This document shows, one piece after another, positions 19,917-30,024 of a stretch of 64,000 nt of DNA. Source of the stretch: an uncultured Bdellovibrionales bacterium (lineage in GTDB: Bacteria > Patescibacteriota > Minisyncoccia > Moranbacterales > UBA1568); assembly GCA_964580285.1 (NCBI GenBank), contig CAZOKB010000002.1, positions 34,770 to 98,769 of the forward strand, read 5' to 3'. Below the pieces are notes generated by a model. That model searched no databases and was not told the DNA's origin. It worked only from the letters and a program-made list of their open reading frames with translations. The position numbers and the translations under genes were made by a program. Numbering within the stretch: the stretch's first letter is position 1; the number at the start of each line of letters is the position of its first letter.

Positions 19917-20789
19917 TTACATCTCTATAAAAGGAAAAAAGGATGAGACTTTGGAAATGAGGCTGGCGTGACGGAAAGGCTTAGAAAGAACGCGGTAGCG
20001 GCCGGTGATTTGATTGAGGCGGATCTTCCAGAGAGCGAAGATCATATTGATGGAATCACGGAAGACGCGAACATTGGTATTGCGCGGATCACGCTTGATG
20101 ACGACAGGGAGTACAGTCACCTTATAGTTGCGTTCGGTAGCCAGAAAAAGAATTTCTGCATCAAAGGCAAAGCGATTGACCGATGAGCGTCCAAAAAGGT
20201 CGAGGGCAGCCGCTCGGCGGAAGAGCTTAAAGCCGCACTGTGTATCGGAAAACTCAAAGTTTCCCAGGATAAGAATTTGGAGTAAATGGAAGGCACGGGC
20301 CATAAGAACGCGGTACCAAGGGGAGGGTTCTTCAAAATGTGACCCCGAGAGCAGGCGCGAGGCGATAGCGATATCGGCATTTGAGAGGGCGGGAAAAAAT
20401 GTTTCCAGTTCTGCAATCGGAATGGTAAGATCGGCATCGATAAACATCACTGGATCGAAGGTGCTCTTGAGGATACCAGCACGGACAGCAGCGCCTTTGC
20501 CACGGTTACGGGTAAAAGAAAAAACCTTGAGAGGAATATCAGTCCGCTCAGCTTTAAGTTTTTGAACGATATCAGGGGTGCCATCCGGACTACCATCAGT
20601 GACGACGATGATTTCAAAGCGAGTAAAACGCGGCTTGAGAAATTCTGCGACAGTAAGAATGTTGTCACGGATTACCTCGGCCTCCTTATAGCAGGGGATG
20701 ATGACGGAGATTTCTGGGTGCATAGCAATGGGTTTGGACTGGTGGTTTTTTGGATGAGATTCCTCGACTTCGCTCGGAATGACAGACAA
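19917..20789 (-). CDS. family-2 glycosyltransferase
   Basis: ISVIIPCYKEAEVI...IIVVTDGSPDGT...DADLTIP. Confidence 0.85.
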   Translation of the reverse strand: MSVIPSEVEESHPKNHQSKPIAMHPEISVIIPCYKEAEVIRDNILTVAEFLKPRFTRFEIIVVTDGSPDGTPDIVQKLKAERTDIPLKVFSFTRNRGKGAAVRAGILKSTFDPVMFIDADLTIPIAELETFFPALSNADIAIASRLLSGSHFEEPSPWYRVLMARAFHLLQILILGNFEFSDTQCGFKLFRRAAALDLFGRSSVNRFAFDAEILFLATERNYKVTVLPVVIKRDPRNTNVRVFRDSINMIFALWKIRLNQITGRYRVLSKPFRHASLISKVSSFFPFIEM

Positions 20790-20902
20790 AAAGCCCTTCT
20801 TACAGAATACCAGCTTTCGGGGAGTTGAAAAAGGTCCGAAAGGCCCATTTGCAAGGGATTTTTGAGAGGGGTATACTAGAAGAAAGCTAAATATTTGATG
20901 CT

Positions 20903-21841
20903 ATGAATGAACAGCCGTATCTGTCGGTAGTTGTTCCGCTCTTTAATGAAGAGGGGAATGTGAGAGAATTGCATAAGCGTATCCGCGAGGCGCTTCAGAA
21001 AATCGGGAAGCCATTTGAGATTATCTTTGTTGATGATGGTTCTAGGGACAAAACCCGTGAAGAATGCGTTGGTCTTTCCCCACTCAAACTGATTGTCTTT
21101 CGTAAGAATTTTGGTCAGACCGCAGCGTTTGATGCTGGTATCAAAGCAGCGCTTGGTGAGATTATCATCACCTTAGATGGTGATTTGCAGAATGACCCGG
21201 AAGATATTCCGCTTCTCTTGGAGAAGATACAGCAGGGGTTTGATGTGGTTTCGGGCTGGCGGTTTAAGCGTAAGGACCCGTTCATGAAGCGCTTCTTTTC
21301 GCGAGGAGCCAACTTTCTCCGTTCGATTCTCGTCAAAGATGGTATTCATGATTCGGGTTGCAGTCTCAAGGCGTATAAGCGAGAGTGTTTTAAAGAAATT
21401 GATCTTTTTGGTGAAATGCACCGGTTTATGCCAGCTCTCCTGGCGCTCGATGGGTTTCGGGTTTCCGAAGTCAAGGTTTCTCATCATCCTCGTGTGCATG
21501 GCGTAACCAAGTACAATTGGCGGCGGGCGGTCAAAGGCTTTGTTGATATGATCGCTATTTGGTTCTGGCGCAAATATTCACATCGGCCCATTCATCTCTT
21601 TGGCGGTGGCGGTATCGTACTATCGGTGATTGGAAGCGGAATTCTGTTATGGATGCTGATTGAAAAGCTCGTATTCAAAGCTTCTTTGGCTGAGCGCCTC
21701 TGGCCGCTTATTGGTATCTTCTTTGTGCTTATTGGTGTGCAGCTGTTTATTTATGGACTGTTGGCAGATATCATCGTGCGCAACTACTACCATATGCGCA
21801 GCCGCATGAATTACTCGATTCGAGAAGTAATAAACCAATAA
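20903..21841 (+). CDS. family-2 glycosyltransferase with C-terminal TM helices (ArnC/GtrB-like polyprenyl-phosphate sugar transferase)
   Basis: LSVVVPLFNEEGNV...IIFVDDGSRDKT...DGDLQNDP plus two C-terminal hydrophobic helices. Confidence 0.85.
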   Translation: MNEQPYLSVVVPLFNEEGNVRELHKRIREALQKIGKPFEIIFVDDGSRDKTREECVGLSPLKLIVFRKNFGQTAAFDAGIKAALGEIIITLDGDLQNDPEDIPLLLEKIQQGFDVVSGWRFKRKDPFMKRFFSRGANFLRSILVKDGIHDSGCSLKAYKRECFKEIDLFGEMHRFMPALLALDGFRVSEVKVSHHPRVHGVTKYNWRRAVKGFVDMIAIWFWRKYSHRPIHLFGGGGIVLSVIGSGILLWMLIEKLVFKASLAERLWPLIGIFFVLIGVQLFIYGLLADIIVRNYYHMRSRMNYSIREVINQ

Positions 21842-21842
21842 C

Positions 21843-22322
21843 CAATTAACAGTTAACAACTAACAGAAAACAAAGCCAGTAAACAGCGATGAAAATAACA
21901 GTCAACGGAGAACAGAAAACGAAAAGCAATGGAAACGGATATTCTGAAAGAAAAGATGGATTTTTTGGCAAGGGGAGTATACACAGCGACGAAGTTTTTT
22001 CCAAAAAGATGAAATATACGGACTTACCTCGCAGATCAGAAGGGCATCGTTGTCAGTAATCCTGAATTATATCGAAGGTTTTGCACGAGGAAGAAACAAG
22101 GAGTTGAAAAATTTTCTGCATATCTCCCATGGATCTCTTAAGGAGACGAAATATCTTCTTTTCTTCTGCGCTCGAGAGGAATATATCCAAAAAGATCAGT
22201 ATGAGAAATTAATGGTGTTGACGGATGAAATAGGTGCGATGTCATGGAAACGGATTGAAAAAATGAAGACGAAGATAGTAGATGATAATATAGTTGGTGT
22301 CGGTATCGTTAACTGTTAATTG
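21843..22322. mobile_element. 480-bp IR-bounded cassette carrying a four-helix-bundle gene (possible miniature insertion / IVS-like element)
   Basis: perfect 15-bp inverted repeat CAATTAACAGTTAAC (21843-21857) / GTTAACTGTTAATTG (22308-22322); arms extend as imperfect (AATAAAC)n / (GTTTATT)3 repeats. Confidence 0.35.
21957..22319 (+). CDS. four-helix-bundle protein (TIGR02436-like; family first described inside 23S rRNA intervening sequences)
   Basis: ...QKDEIYGLTSQIRRASLSVILNYIEGFARGRNKE...HISHGSLKETKYLL matches the YxLTxQxRRAxxSIxxNIAEG core; start set at in-frame ATG 21957 (ORF track lists only the TTG-initiated 22050 portion); N-terminal region shorter than canonical. Confidence 0.6.
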   Translation, partial: WIFWQGEYTQRRSFFQKDEIYGLTSQIRRASLSVILNYIEGFARGRNKELKNFLHISHGSLKETKYLLFFCAREEYIQKDQYEKLMVLTDEIGAMSWKRIEKMKTKIVDDNIVGVGIVNC

Positions 22323-22346
22323 TTTATTGTTTATTGTTTATTGACT

Positions 22347-23654
22347 ATGAAATTAGCATTTATCGGAGTGGGGTATGTGGGACTGGTAACGGGAGCATGC
22401 ATGGCGGAACTCGGGCATACGGTTATTTGCGCGGATGTTGATAAGAAGAAAATTGCCAAGCTCAAGCGAGGAGTGATGCCTATTTACGAATTAGGTCTTG
22501 AAGAGTTGGTAGAAAAAAATGTCAAAGAAGGGCGGCTCTCTTTTACTGCTTCTGTGGCAACAGCTATGAAGGCCTCAGAAGTAGTATTCAGCGGGGTCGG
22601 GACTCCGGAAGACAAGAAAACGGGTAAGGCAGATATGCAGTATGTGCATGCGGTCGCCCGTGAGTTTGGCAAGAACTTGAATGGCTACAAGATTTTGGTT
22701 AACAAATCGACGGTTCCGGTGGGAACGGCGGATATCGTGCGCGATATCGTAGCGCACGCGAGCAAAGGGAAATATGAATTCGATATCGTCTCGAATCCGG
22801 AATTCCTCCGTGAAGGAGCGGCGATCAAGGACTTTTTAAATCCTGATCGCGTGGTAGTGGGAGTGGCTTCGGACCGGGCTAAGGCGATCATGGAAAAAAT
22901 TTATCGTCCTATTGCTCGTACTGGCCGACCAGTGATGATGACGGATATCCGTTCGGCTGAACTGATTAAATACGCGAGCAATGCTTTCCTGGCGACGAAG
23001 ATCACTTTTGCCAATGAGCTGGCGAATTTCTGCGAGCTCTCGGGAGCGAATATCAAGGAAGTCTCAAAGGGCATGGGGCTTGACAGTCGCATCGGATCAC
23101 GTTTCCTCTATGCAGGTATTGGCTATGGCGGCTCGTGCTTTCCGAAAGATGTCCAGGCGCTCATGGAGACGGGGAAAGAATACCAGTTCGATTTCTCGAT
23201 CATCCGTGCGGCTGACCGGGTGAATGACCAACAGAAGATGCGTCCATACGCAATCGCCAAGAAACATTTTAAAAATCTCAAGGGGAAAACGTTTACACTC
23301 TGGGGACTTTCGTTCAAGCCACGCACAGATGATGTGCGCGAAGCCCCGGCGCTCTATGTGGCTGAGGCCCTGCTCAAGGCGGGTGCCAAGGTGCGGGTGT
23401 TTGATCCGGTGGCGATGGAGAATTTCTCGCTGGCATTCGCCGACAAGCGTCTCAAGTACACCGAGAGCGCGTATGAGGCCGTCGAAGGCGCTGATGCACT
23501 GCTTGTCATGACCGAGTGGGATGAGTTCCGTACGACAGAATATCCAGAGCTTGCTGCGCGTATGAAAGAACGTGTCATTATTGATGGTCGCAATATCTTT
23601 GATCGTTCTGAGGCTGAAAAAGAAGGGTTTGTGTATTACGGTATTGGAGTGTAG
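22347..23654 (+). CDS. ugd: UDP-glucose 6-dehydrogenase
   Basis: MKLAFIGVGYVGLVTGACMAELGH N-terminal Rossmann signature, catalytic GGSCFPKD, full length 435 aa. Confidence 0.9.
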   Translation: MKLAFIGVGYVGLVTGACMAELGHTVICADVDKKKIAKLKRGVMPIYELGLEELVEKNVKEGRLSFTASVATAMKASEVVFSGVGTPEDKKTGKADMQYVHAVAREFGKNLNGYKILVNKSTVPVGTADIVRDIVAHASKGKYEFDIVSNPEFLREGAAIKDFLNPDRVVVGVASDRAKAIMEKIYRPIARTGRPVMMTDIRSAELIKYASNAFLATKITFANELANFCELSGANIKEVSKGMGLDSRIGSRFLYAGIGYGGSCFPKDVQALMETGKEYQFDFSIIRAADRVNDQQKMRPYAIAKKHFKNLKGKTFTLWGLSFKPRTDDVREAPALYVAEALLKAGAKVRVFDPVAMENFSLAFADKRLKYTESAYEAVEGADALLVMTEWDEFRTTEYPELAARMKERVIIDGRNIFDRSEAEKEGFVYYGIGV

Positions 23655-23697
23655 GGGTATCAAGTGTACCGTGTAAAGTATTAAGTAGAGGAAACAC

Positions 23698-24849
23698 ATG
23701 AAGATTCTTTTTCTTAATTACGAATATCCTCCGCTCGGGGGTGGGGCGGGAAACGCGACGCAGTACCTGCTCTCGGAATACGCGAAGCAGCCTGATCTCG
23801 AAGTCCATCTGGTGACGTCGTCGATCGATGGGTTTCCACATGACGAATGCCTTGGCGGACGAGTGTTCGTGCATAGCGTCCCGATCGGAAAGAATGCCGA
23901 GAATCTTCATTTTCAGTCGCAGAAGGATTTGCTCATGTATGCCTGGCGTGGCTATGCTAAGGCGGAGGCGCTGCTTGCCGAAGGGGGTTATGATGCCATC
24001 CATGCGTTTTTTACGGTTCCTTGCGGATATATGGCTCTGCGGCTCGGTAAGAAGTATGGCGTGCCGTACATTGTGTCGCTCCGAGGAGCGGATGTCCCCG
24101 GATTCAGCGAACGGTTTACTTTTTTGTATACTTTTTTAAAACCTCTCATTCGGCAGGTCTGGCGTGAGGCAGCGCAGGTGATTGCAGTGAGCCTGGGCAT
24201 GCGGCGCTTGGCTGAAAAGACGGCACCAGCTCAACCAATGCGGGTGATCCCGAATGGCATTGCTCTAGAAGAATTTCCGGTGGCTACGATGAGGAATGAT
24301 GACGCCTTACGAGTGATTTCCACTTCGAGACTCACTCCGCGTAAAGGATTGCGTTTTCTTATTCAAGCCCTAGCTGAACTGAAGCATGAAAATCAGGCCA
24401 GAAATATCGAGGTACTGCTGATTGGAGATGGTCATGAGAGTGAGTCGCTGGAGCATTTGGCTCGGGAGAGCGGGGTGATAGAGCAGGTACAATTTATTGG
24501 TCGAGTAGAACATACTGAACTCAAGCAATGGTATGCGGGGGCGGATGTTTTTATTCTTCCGTCTCTCAATGAAGGTATGAGTAATGCGATGCTTGAGGCG
24601 CTTGCTTCGGGGTTGCCTCTTTTGGTAACACGGACAGGTGGAGCGGATGAAGTCTTGGAGGAAGGTATTAATGGGTTTGCGCTTGCTATGGGTTCGGCTC
24701 ACGATATCGCCGAAAAACTCTTGCGTTTATACGACGATCGAGCGCTTAGGCAGCGCATGGCTTTGGCGAGTCGGCGCAAAGCTGAGGCTATGAGCTGGGG
24801 TAAGGTAGCGGAACAGTACGTGCAGGTGTATCAGTCACTGAAACAATAA
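23698..24849 (+). CDS. GT4 glycosyltransferase
   Basis: MKILFLNYEYPPLGGGAGNA...NEGMSNAMLEALASGLPLLVTRTGGADEVL. Confidence 0.85.
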   Translation: MKILFLNYEYPPLGGGAGNATQYLLSEYAKQPDLEVHLVTSSIDGFPHDECLGGRVFVHSVPIGKNAENLHFQSQKDLLMYAWRGYAKAEALLAEGGYDAIHAFFTVPCGYMALRLGKKYGVPYIVSLRGADVPGFSERFTFLYTFLKPLIRQVWREAAQVIAVSLGMRRLAEKTAPAQPMRVIPNGIALEEFPVATMRNDDALRVISTSRLTPRKGLRFLIQALAELKHENQARNIEVLLIGDGHESESLEHLARESGVIEQVQFIGRVEHTELKQWYAGADVFILPSLNEGMSNAMLEALASGLPLLVTRTGGADEVLEEGINGFALAMGSAHDIAEKLLRLYDDRALRQRMALASRRKAEAMSWGKVAEQYVQVYQSLKQ

Positions 24850-24851
24850 GT

Positions 24852-25790
24852 ATGCAGCTGAAAAAAAAATTCTGGATACTTACTGTAAAGCTCGGTATTG
24901 GTACGGGGCTTATTGTGTGGCTCATAGAGAAAGTCAATTGGTCGGTGGTGCTTGAAAAGCTCGCGCATATGTCACCGATGTTTATCGGGCTGTATGTCGT
25001 GTTGCAGCTTGCGGGGAATATTATTTCCGCCAAGAAATGGCAGACTATCGCTTCGCATAAGCATCAGGAACTCATGTTCACTGTGAAGGAAGGTTTTTTT
25101 ACGTACTTAACTGGGGCGTTTATCAATAATTTCCTGCCGTCAACGCTGGGCGGGGATGCTTATAGAGGCCTCTGGTTGGCACAGAAAACCGAAGCCAAGG
25201 CTGCTTCGCTTTCTACGGTGGTGTTTGATCGTTTTATCGGTTTGTGGACGACCGCGCTCTTAGCTCTGATCTGTTCGCTTCCGCTCTGGAAACATTTTTT
25301 TACCGATACAGCCTTCCGTTTGGCTCTGCTTGGTTTGATCGGGTTTCTCTTGGTGGATCTCTTTATTACCTATGCCTATTTTCAACCATGGTTTCATCGA
25401 TTACTGTCCTGGTTACCGTTTCAGGTGCGGCGACTGATTCAAGAAGTGATTAGTTTTACAAAAAAAGGTATTTGGACCATTGGCAGCTTGTATTCGCTTC
25501 TGTTTGCGTTCGTAGGGATAGCATTCTCGAATTGGATGCTGTTTCATGCATTAGGCAGCCCTATTCATTTCCTCACTTTCCTGAGTGTGATTTTTCTGGT
25601 GACGATTATCTCGGCGGTGCCGCTCTCGATCAATAATATTGGTATCAAGGAATGGGCCTACGTAACTTTTTTTGCGTTGGTTGGAGTGAGCGCTGAGGTA
25701 GCTGTGACTGCTGCTTTACTCTCTCGTTTTATCCAGATGCTCATATCCTTTATCGCGCTCCCACATTATCTTCGCAGCAAGGGTCGTTAG
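24852..25790 (+). CDS. UPF0104 / lysylphosphatidylglycerol-synthase-TM-region family membrane protein (flippase-like)
   Basis: 8 TM helices, GGDAYRG motif characteristic of the family; follows a GT gene. Confidence 0.6.
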   Translation: MQLKKKFWILTVKLGIGTGLIVWLIEKVNWSVVLEKLAHMSPMFIGLYVVLQLAGNIISAKKWQTIASHKHQELMFTVKEGFFTYLTGAFINNFLPSTLGGDAYRGLWLAQKTEAKAASLSTVVFDRFIGLWTTALLALICSLPLWKHFFTDTAFRLALLGLIGFLLVDLFITYAYFQPWFHRLLSWLPFQVRRLIQEVISFTKKGIWTIGSLYSLLFAFVGIAFSNWMLFHALGSPIHFLTFLSVIFLVTIISAVPLSINNIGIKEWAYVTFFALVGVSAEVAVTAALLSRFIQMLISFIALPHYLRSKGR

Positions 25791-25804
25791 GGGGGGGCAG
25801 GAAG

Positions 25805-28081
25805 CTATTCTTCAAAATGATAGACGCGGACATACTGGGATGGCCGATCGTTAATATTAAGTTCAAACACAGGATCCGCTTTGGTATAGTACTGATCAAA
25901 ACGGATCAACCCAGGTTTTTGATGAGCGATTTCTGAGACCATCATTTTCGCGGTGCGGTTCTTGCGATCCGAAGAAACAACAATATAATCCAGTCCTTCT
26001 CGTCGAAGAGTTTCATAGTTGCGACCGCGCTTACAATGACCCACGAAGAATTTACAGACCCCGTCTTTGTCGGTCCAGACGAGGAGGTTTTTTGCGTCTG
26101 GAAGATTATTGAGGTATTGGGCGGCCTCATAGCTCCCTGAACCCATATCTTTCACATTCGTATGGTACTGATTTGGAAGGAGACTGGAGGCATAGGAGAG
26201 CGGGAAAGGAGTTGTGGCGAGCGTACCGGTACCGATAAGTAGTAAGAGAGTGGTTACCAGGAGTGCGGAATGGCGGCGTAGGAAAACGAAGCGGTGCTCG
26301 AGTGGTTTGAGTACCCAGGTGAGGGAAATGCCAGCCATGATGGCGGCGATAGGGAAGAGGATAATCTGATAGCGTACGATCATGGCCACATTGTTGACGG
26401 TAGCTCCGAGGTAGTAGAGGAGGATAAAAATGATGAAGTAGAAGGTAGATCGACCACGGACGCTTTCAAAAAAGGTCAGCTTGAGTAAGGCTATAGCCGC
26501 GGTAACCAGCAGGAAGAAAGCCAGGGGAAGAATACCAAAAATGAAAGGGTAGAAATTCGTGAGGAAGATGCCGATAAAATCACTGCGACTCCCGATAGTT
26601 TTCGGTGAAGCCAGAAGTTCGGAAAAATCATACGGGAGCATATGGTTCCAGGCGATAGTGAGTACGGCTAAGAGACTCACGCAAAAGAGAGCGCTCACAG
26701 TGATGGTTATGTACCGCTTGAAACGATCCAGAATGGCGAGGGCAGCGCTGACGATACGTGCGCGGTTAGCGAATTGATCAACCAGGATAAAGGCAATCAG
26801 CATGAGGAAAAGCGGTGCCACTTTTTCGAAGGCTTGACTGTACAGAGTGGAGGTGAGGATCTTGGAGGGTTTGATCCAGACCGCCGGAAAGAACGCGTAG
26901 AAAGTAGCGAGGGCGGCATAGATAAGGAGACCGAGTTCGATCAAGGAGCGCTTCAGGAAAACTCCAAATAACTGCTGCGTCGGCCGATGGTAGAGGTATT
27001 CGAGAAAGATGAGTCCGATAAAAAAGACAAAGAGAATATTGGCCACATATTTGGTCAGGAGAGCGAGGCCGAGAAAAACACCTGCCAGAATGAGGTAGCG
27101 AGCCAAGCGTTTTTTAAGGAAGAGGAGGTAGGAAAGGAGCGAAAGGGGAGTGAAAATCCACAGGAGCGAATCGGGGTTGATGATCTTTGCCATGCCGATG
27201 AGGATGGGTGAAGTGGCCAGAAAGGCATAAGAAAAAAGAGCGGTTTTTTTGCCGAAGAGACGCTCGAGAAAAAAGTAGAACAGAGGCAATAAAAGTGTGA
27301 TGACAATGAGTTCGGGAAGCCGGAAGGTAAGATAAAATGCTTCAATAGGATTGTTTTCATCGCTGCCCTTGATGTATTTGTGTTCCTTAGGAGCTTTGAA
27401 CCACATACCCGGACCAGTCGCCCAGGCGACCGTGATGCCTGGCTTATCGCTGATATTTGTTCCTTTCCAGTTGTGTTCTTCTATTTTATGCCAGTATTTA
27501 CCGATGCGTCCGTTATACCAGAGCGGTTCATCAACCGCAGCAAACTTGGTGAGTCGCACCATCGCGAAACTAAAGAAGATGAGGGTGCTCACGAAAATAA
27601 GCAGGAGCGTAATGGCTCCTTGGCGGCGGAACCATTCGCCTGGAGTGAGACCTCGGGGGGCGGAGGAGTTCGGTTGGGTAACGCGCATACTTGAGAGAGC
27701 AAGAGCGGAAATCAGGAATCCAGCGAGCATCATATAGGCGCTCTGTGCGATCTGGAACAGGTAGTGGAAATTTTTTGATTCAATAAGACCGTAGGTGAGA
27801 ATAAACCACGCCGGAAAAGTGGTGAACAATAGTTTACGCAGCAGTGCTCGCCAAGCGGTTGGCCGATTGTAATAGAACATGGCGCCGAGGAGAGCTGTGC
27901 CGAGCAAGGCAAACCCGGTATAAAAAAGATTATTGCTTTCGGCTATACGCAAGAAGGTCAGCGACGTTGTTTGGGGGGCAATGAAAAAAAGCGTATTGAT
28001 ACCAAGGAGTACGCCGATCACTGAGAAGAGACGATTTTCGAGGGTAGACAAAGTGGCTGCTAAGGGTTTCCCGAGTGTCAT
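25805..28081 (-). CDS. GT-C fold membrane glycosyltransferase, GT39/ArnT-like (paralog 1, with N-terminal extension)
   Basis: multi-TM N-half, FAAVDEPLWY loop motif after a TM helix analogous to the DE motif of PMT/ArnT; ORF stays open 130 codons upstream of the GT39-like core so the long start is retained. Confidence 0.55.
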   Translation of the reverse strand: MTLGKPLAATLSTLENRLFSVIGVLLGINTLFFIAPQTTSLTFLRIAESNNLFYTGFALLGTALLGAMFYYNRPTAWRALLRKLLFTTFPAWFILTYGLIESKNFHYLFQIAQSAYMMLAGFLISALALSSMRVTQPNSSAPRGLTPGEWFRRQGAITLLLIFVSTLIFFSFAMVRLTKFAAVDEPLWYNGRIGKYWHKIEEHNWKGTNISDKPGITVAWATGPGMWFKAPKEHKYIKGSDENNPIEAFYLTFRLPELIVITLLLPLFYFFLERLFGKKTALFSYAFLATSPILIGMAKIINPDSLLWIFTPLSLLSYLLFLKKRLARYLILAGVFLGLALLTKYVANILFVFFIGLIFLEYLYHRPTQQLFGVFLKRSLIELGLLIYAALATFYAFFPAVWIKPSKILTSTLYSQAFEKVAPLFLMLIAFILVDQFANRARIVSAALAILDRFKRYITITVSALFCVSLLAVLTIAWNHMLPYDFSELLASPKTIGSRSDFIGIFLTNFYPFIFGILPLAFFLLVTAAIALLKLTFFESVRGRSTFYFIIFILLYYLGATVNNVAMIVRYQIILFPIAAIMAGISLTWVLKPLEHRFVFLRRHSALLVTTLLLLIGTGTLATTPFPLSYASSLLPNQYHTNVKDMGSGSYEAAQYLNNLPDAKNLLVWTDKDGVCKFFVGHCKRGRNYETLRREGLDYIVVSSDRKNRTAKMMVSEIAHQKPGLIRFDQYYTKADPVFELNINDRPSQYVRVYHFEE

Positions 28082-28155
28082 AGATGTTGTACCATGATAT
28101 TAAGGCCAACAGGCGAATTTCCCGGCTGGTTTGCCCCTATAATAGCGTAAAATGT

Positions 28156-29976
28156 ATGGATATTAAAGGCAGGCATGGGCAATGGGCTTCTGGTGTGGTC
28201 GTGGCGCTCATGGTTATCGTTTGTGTGGGATTCTTTCTTCGGAGTTACCATTTTGGCGACTGGCTACACTTCGAGCTTGATCAATCGCGCGATGCCCGGG
28301 TTATCGATGATGCTTTCAGAGGTTCGGTGGCGGATCTTCCGCTTCTCGGACCCAAAGCAGGAGGAACTTTTCTCCGACTGGGTCCCTTCTTCTATTATTT
28401 CCAATACCTCTCCGGTCTTGTATTTGGTGCTCACCCGGTAGGCTATGCGATGGGAGTGATGCTTCTTTCGGTGGCAACGATAGGAGTCTTCTTTCTTTTC
28501 GTGCGACGTCTTTTTTCTGACCGGATCGCCTTGGGTCTTGCGGGGATTCTGGCGACCTCTCTCTTTTTTGTCATGTATGGTCGTTTTGCTTGGAACCCGA
28601 ACCCGCTGCCATTTTTTGTGCTCTTGGGTTTGTATGCGCTGCTTCGATCGGTTGATTTGCACGAAGAACATCGAGGATACTGGTGGCTTCTCTGTGTAGC
28701 TGCTTTTGGTATCGCGTCACAGCTCCATTTTTTAGCCTTTTTGGCTTTACCCATCATACTGGGAATCTTTTTGTTGTTACGTCGCCCACGGTATTCATGG
28801 AAAGCGTGGGTGGGAGCGGTGCTGCTTGTGGGAGCGCTCTATTTCCCGGTGCTTTTAAATGAGATCGAGACCGGTGGGCGGAATTCACAAGAATTCATTC
28901 AGGCAGTCACCAAAAAATCAACCAAAGAAAGCCGCTCGCTTCCGGAGAAATTTTTGCGCGATGTGAGTGAGCATGGCTTGGCGAGTTTAGTCATAGTCAC
29001 AGGTTTTGAAGGAGGGGCGTTTCCTGCATTTCGTATCGAAGATGGTACCCTCGTACGGCGCTGCGTTAACCGTTGCGATGCTGGTAAATGGTATGGGTCG
29101 GCAGCGCTTGTAGTTTTGGCTGTGGCAATAAGCGCTTTCTTCTGGCTCTGGTGGCGGGAACGCGAACGAGCGAAAGCGGATTTTCTCCTCCTGACGGGCA
29201 TCTGGTTTGGAGTGACTTTCCTTCTTTTTCTCCCGCTTTCTTATGGCATTGCTCCGAGATTTTTTCTTCTTTCTGGACCAGTCTTTCTTATCTTTCTCGG
29301 AGCCCTTTTGACACTGATGGAACGTCTGTTTTATCGGCACTCCGTGGGGAAAATGTTGAGTCTCTCTCTTCTCGGTCTGTGTATCGGTTCGAATCTTTTC
29401 TTTGTGGCTGGTCGGTTTAGCGAACTGGCTCGGGCGGGGAGTGAAGCGGTGGATAGCGCCCCGGATCGTGTCTTAAAAGAACGTATTCGGGTGACATTGG
29501 AACAGCAGAACAAGATCATTGATTTTCTGGCTTCCCGCTCCAAAGAGACTGGTTATCCAGTATATATGTTTAGTGAGCCGCAGCATCGCCGAGCGCTCAA
29601 ATACTTGCTTGAGCGGCGCAGTGTTGAAAATGCGGTCTTGGGTTTTGATGGGGTGTATCGGCAAGGGGTGTACTATATCATTTTGCGGGCTCATTCGGAC
29701 CACGAAGATGCTCTCCGTAAGTACCGTGCGAGTTATATGGTTGGGAAGAAAACAAGTTTTGGTACGTTGGTCGCTTTCGAACTTTTTCCAAAACCAGAAG
29801 CTATCGGAGGAGAGCGCCAGGACTTTAGTCTAAAAAAACCTTCCGATTCCACAGCCCCGCCTCGCTATACCTGGCGTGAGTGGCTGGATCGCAATCAAAC
29901 CATACAGACAGATAGCGAAGCGGATGATACGGTGGATGCGTCGATCGATGATACTACCGATGAAGGCGGTAATTAA
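28156..29976 (+). CDS. GT-C fold membrane glycosyltransferase, GT39/ArnT-like (paralog 2)
   Basis: TM1 then LRSYHFGDWLHFELDQSRDARVIDDAF, >10 TM helices, C-terminal soluble domain; start placed at MDIKG (ORF opens at 28084, 2 bp from divergent start). Confidence 0.65.
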   Translation: MDIKGRHGQWASGVVVALMVIVCVGFFLRSYHFGDWLHFELDQSRDARVIDDAFRGSVADLPLLGPKAGGTFLRLGPFFYYFQYLSGLVFGAHPVGYAMGVMLLSVATIGVFFLFVRRLFSDRIALGLAGILATSLFFVMYGRFAWNPNPLPFFVLLGLYALLRSVDLHEEHRGYWWLLCVAAFGIASQLHFLAFLALPIILGIFLLLRRPRYSWKAWVGAVLLVGALYFPVLLNEIETGGRNSQEFIQAVTKKSTKESRSLPEKFLRDVSEHGLASLVIVTGFEGGAFPAFRIEDGTLVRRCVNRCDAGKWYGSAALVVLAVAISAFFWLWWRERERAKADFLLLTGIWFGVTFLLFLPLSYGIAPRFFLLSGPVFLIFLGALLTLMERLFYRHSVGKMLSLSLLGLCIGSNLFFVAGRFSELARAGSEAVDSAPDRVLKERIRVTLEQQNKIIDFLASRSKETGYPVYMFSEPQHRRALKYLLERRSVENAVLGFDGVYRQGVYYIILRAHSDHEDALRKYRASYMVGKKTSFGTLVAFELFPKPEAIGGERQDFSLKKPSDSTAPPRYTWREWLDRNQTIQTDSEADDTVDASIDDTTDEGGN

Positions 29977-30024
29977 GAGACAGTATTCGAATGCAAGAAG
30001 TAATTATTTGTCTAGGTAAAGCGT

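Noticed and set aside
21831-22345. CRISPR-like array suggested by short direct repeats (AATAAAC/GTTTATT x3, TTAACA repeats)
   Set aside because: Only 7-bp microsatellite-like units and a single IR pair are present. There are no regularly spaced repeats of 24 bp or longer with unique spacers, and no cas genes.
28081-28084. Divergent start codons only 2 bp apart for the two GT39-like genes
   Set aside because: This leaves no promoter space. The + strand gene was therefore started at MDIKG (28156), where the family-typical short N-terminus precedes TM1. The minus gene's long N-terminal extension was retained because the frame stays open for 130 codons.
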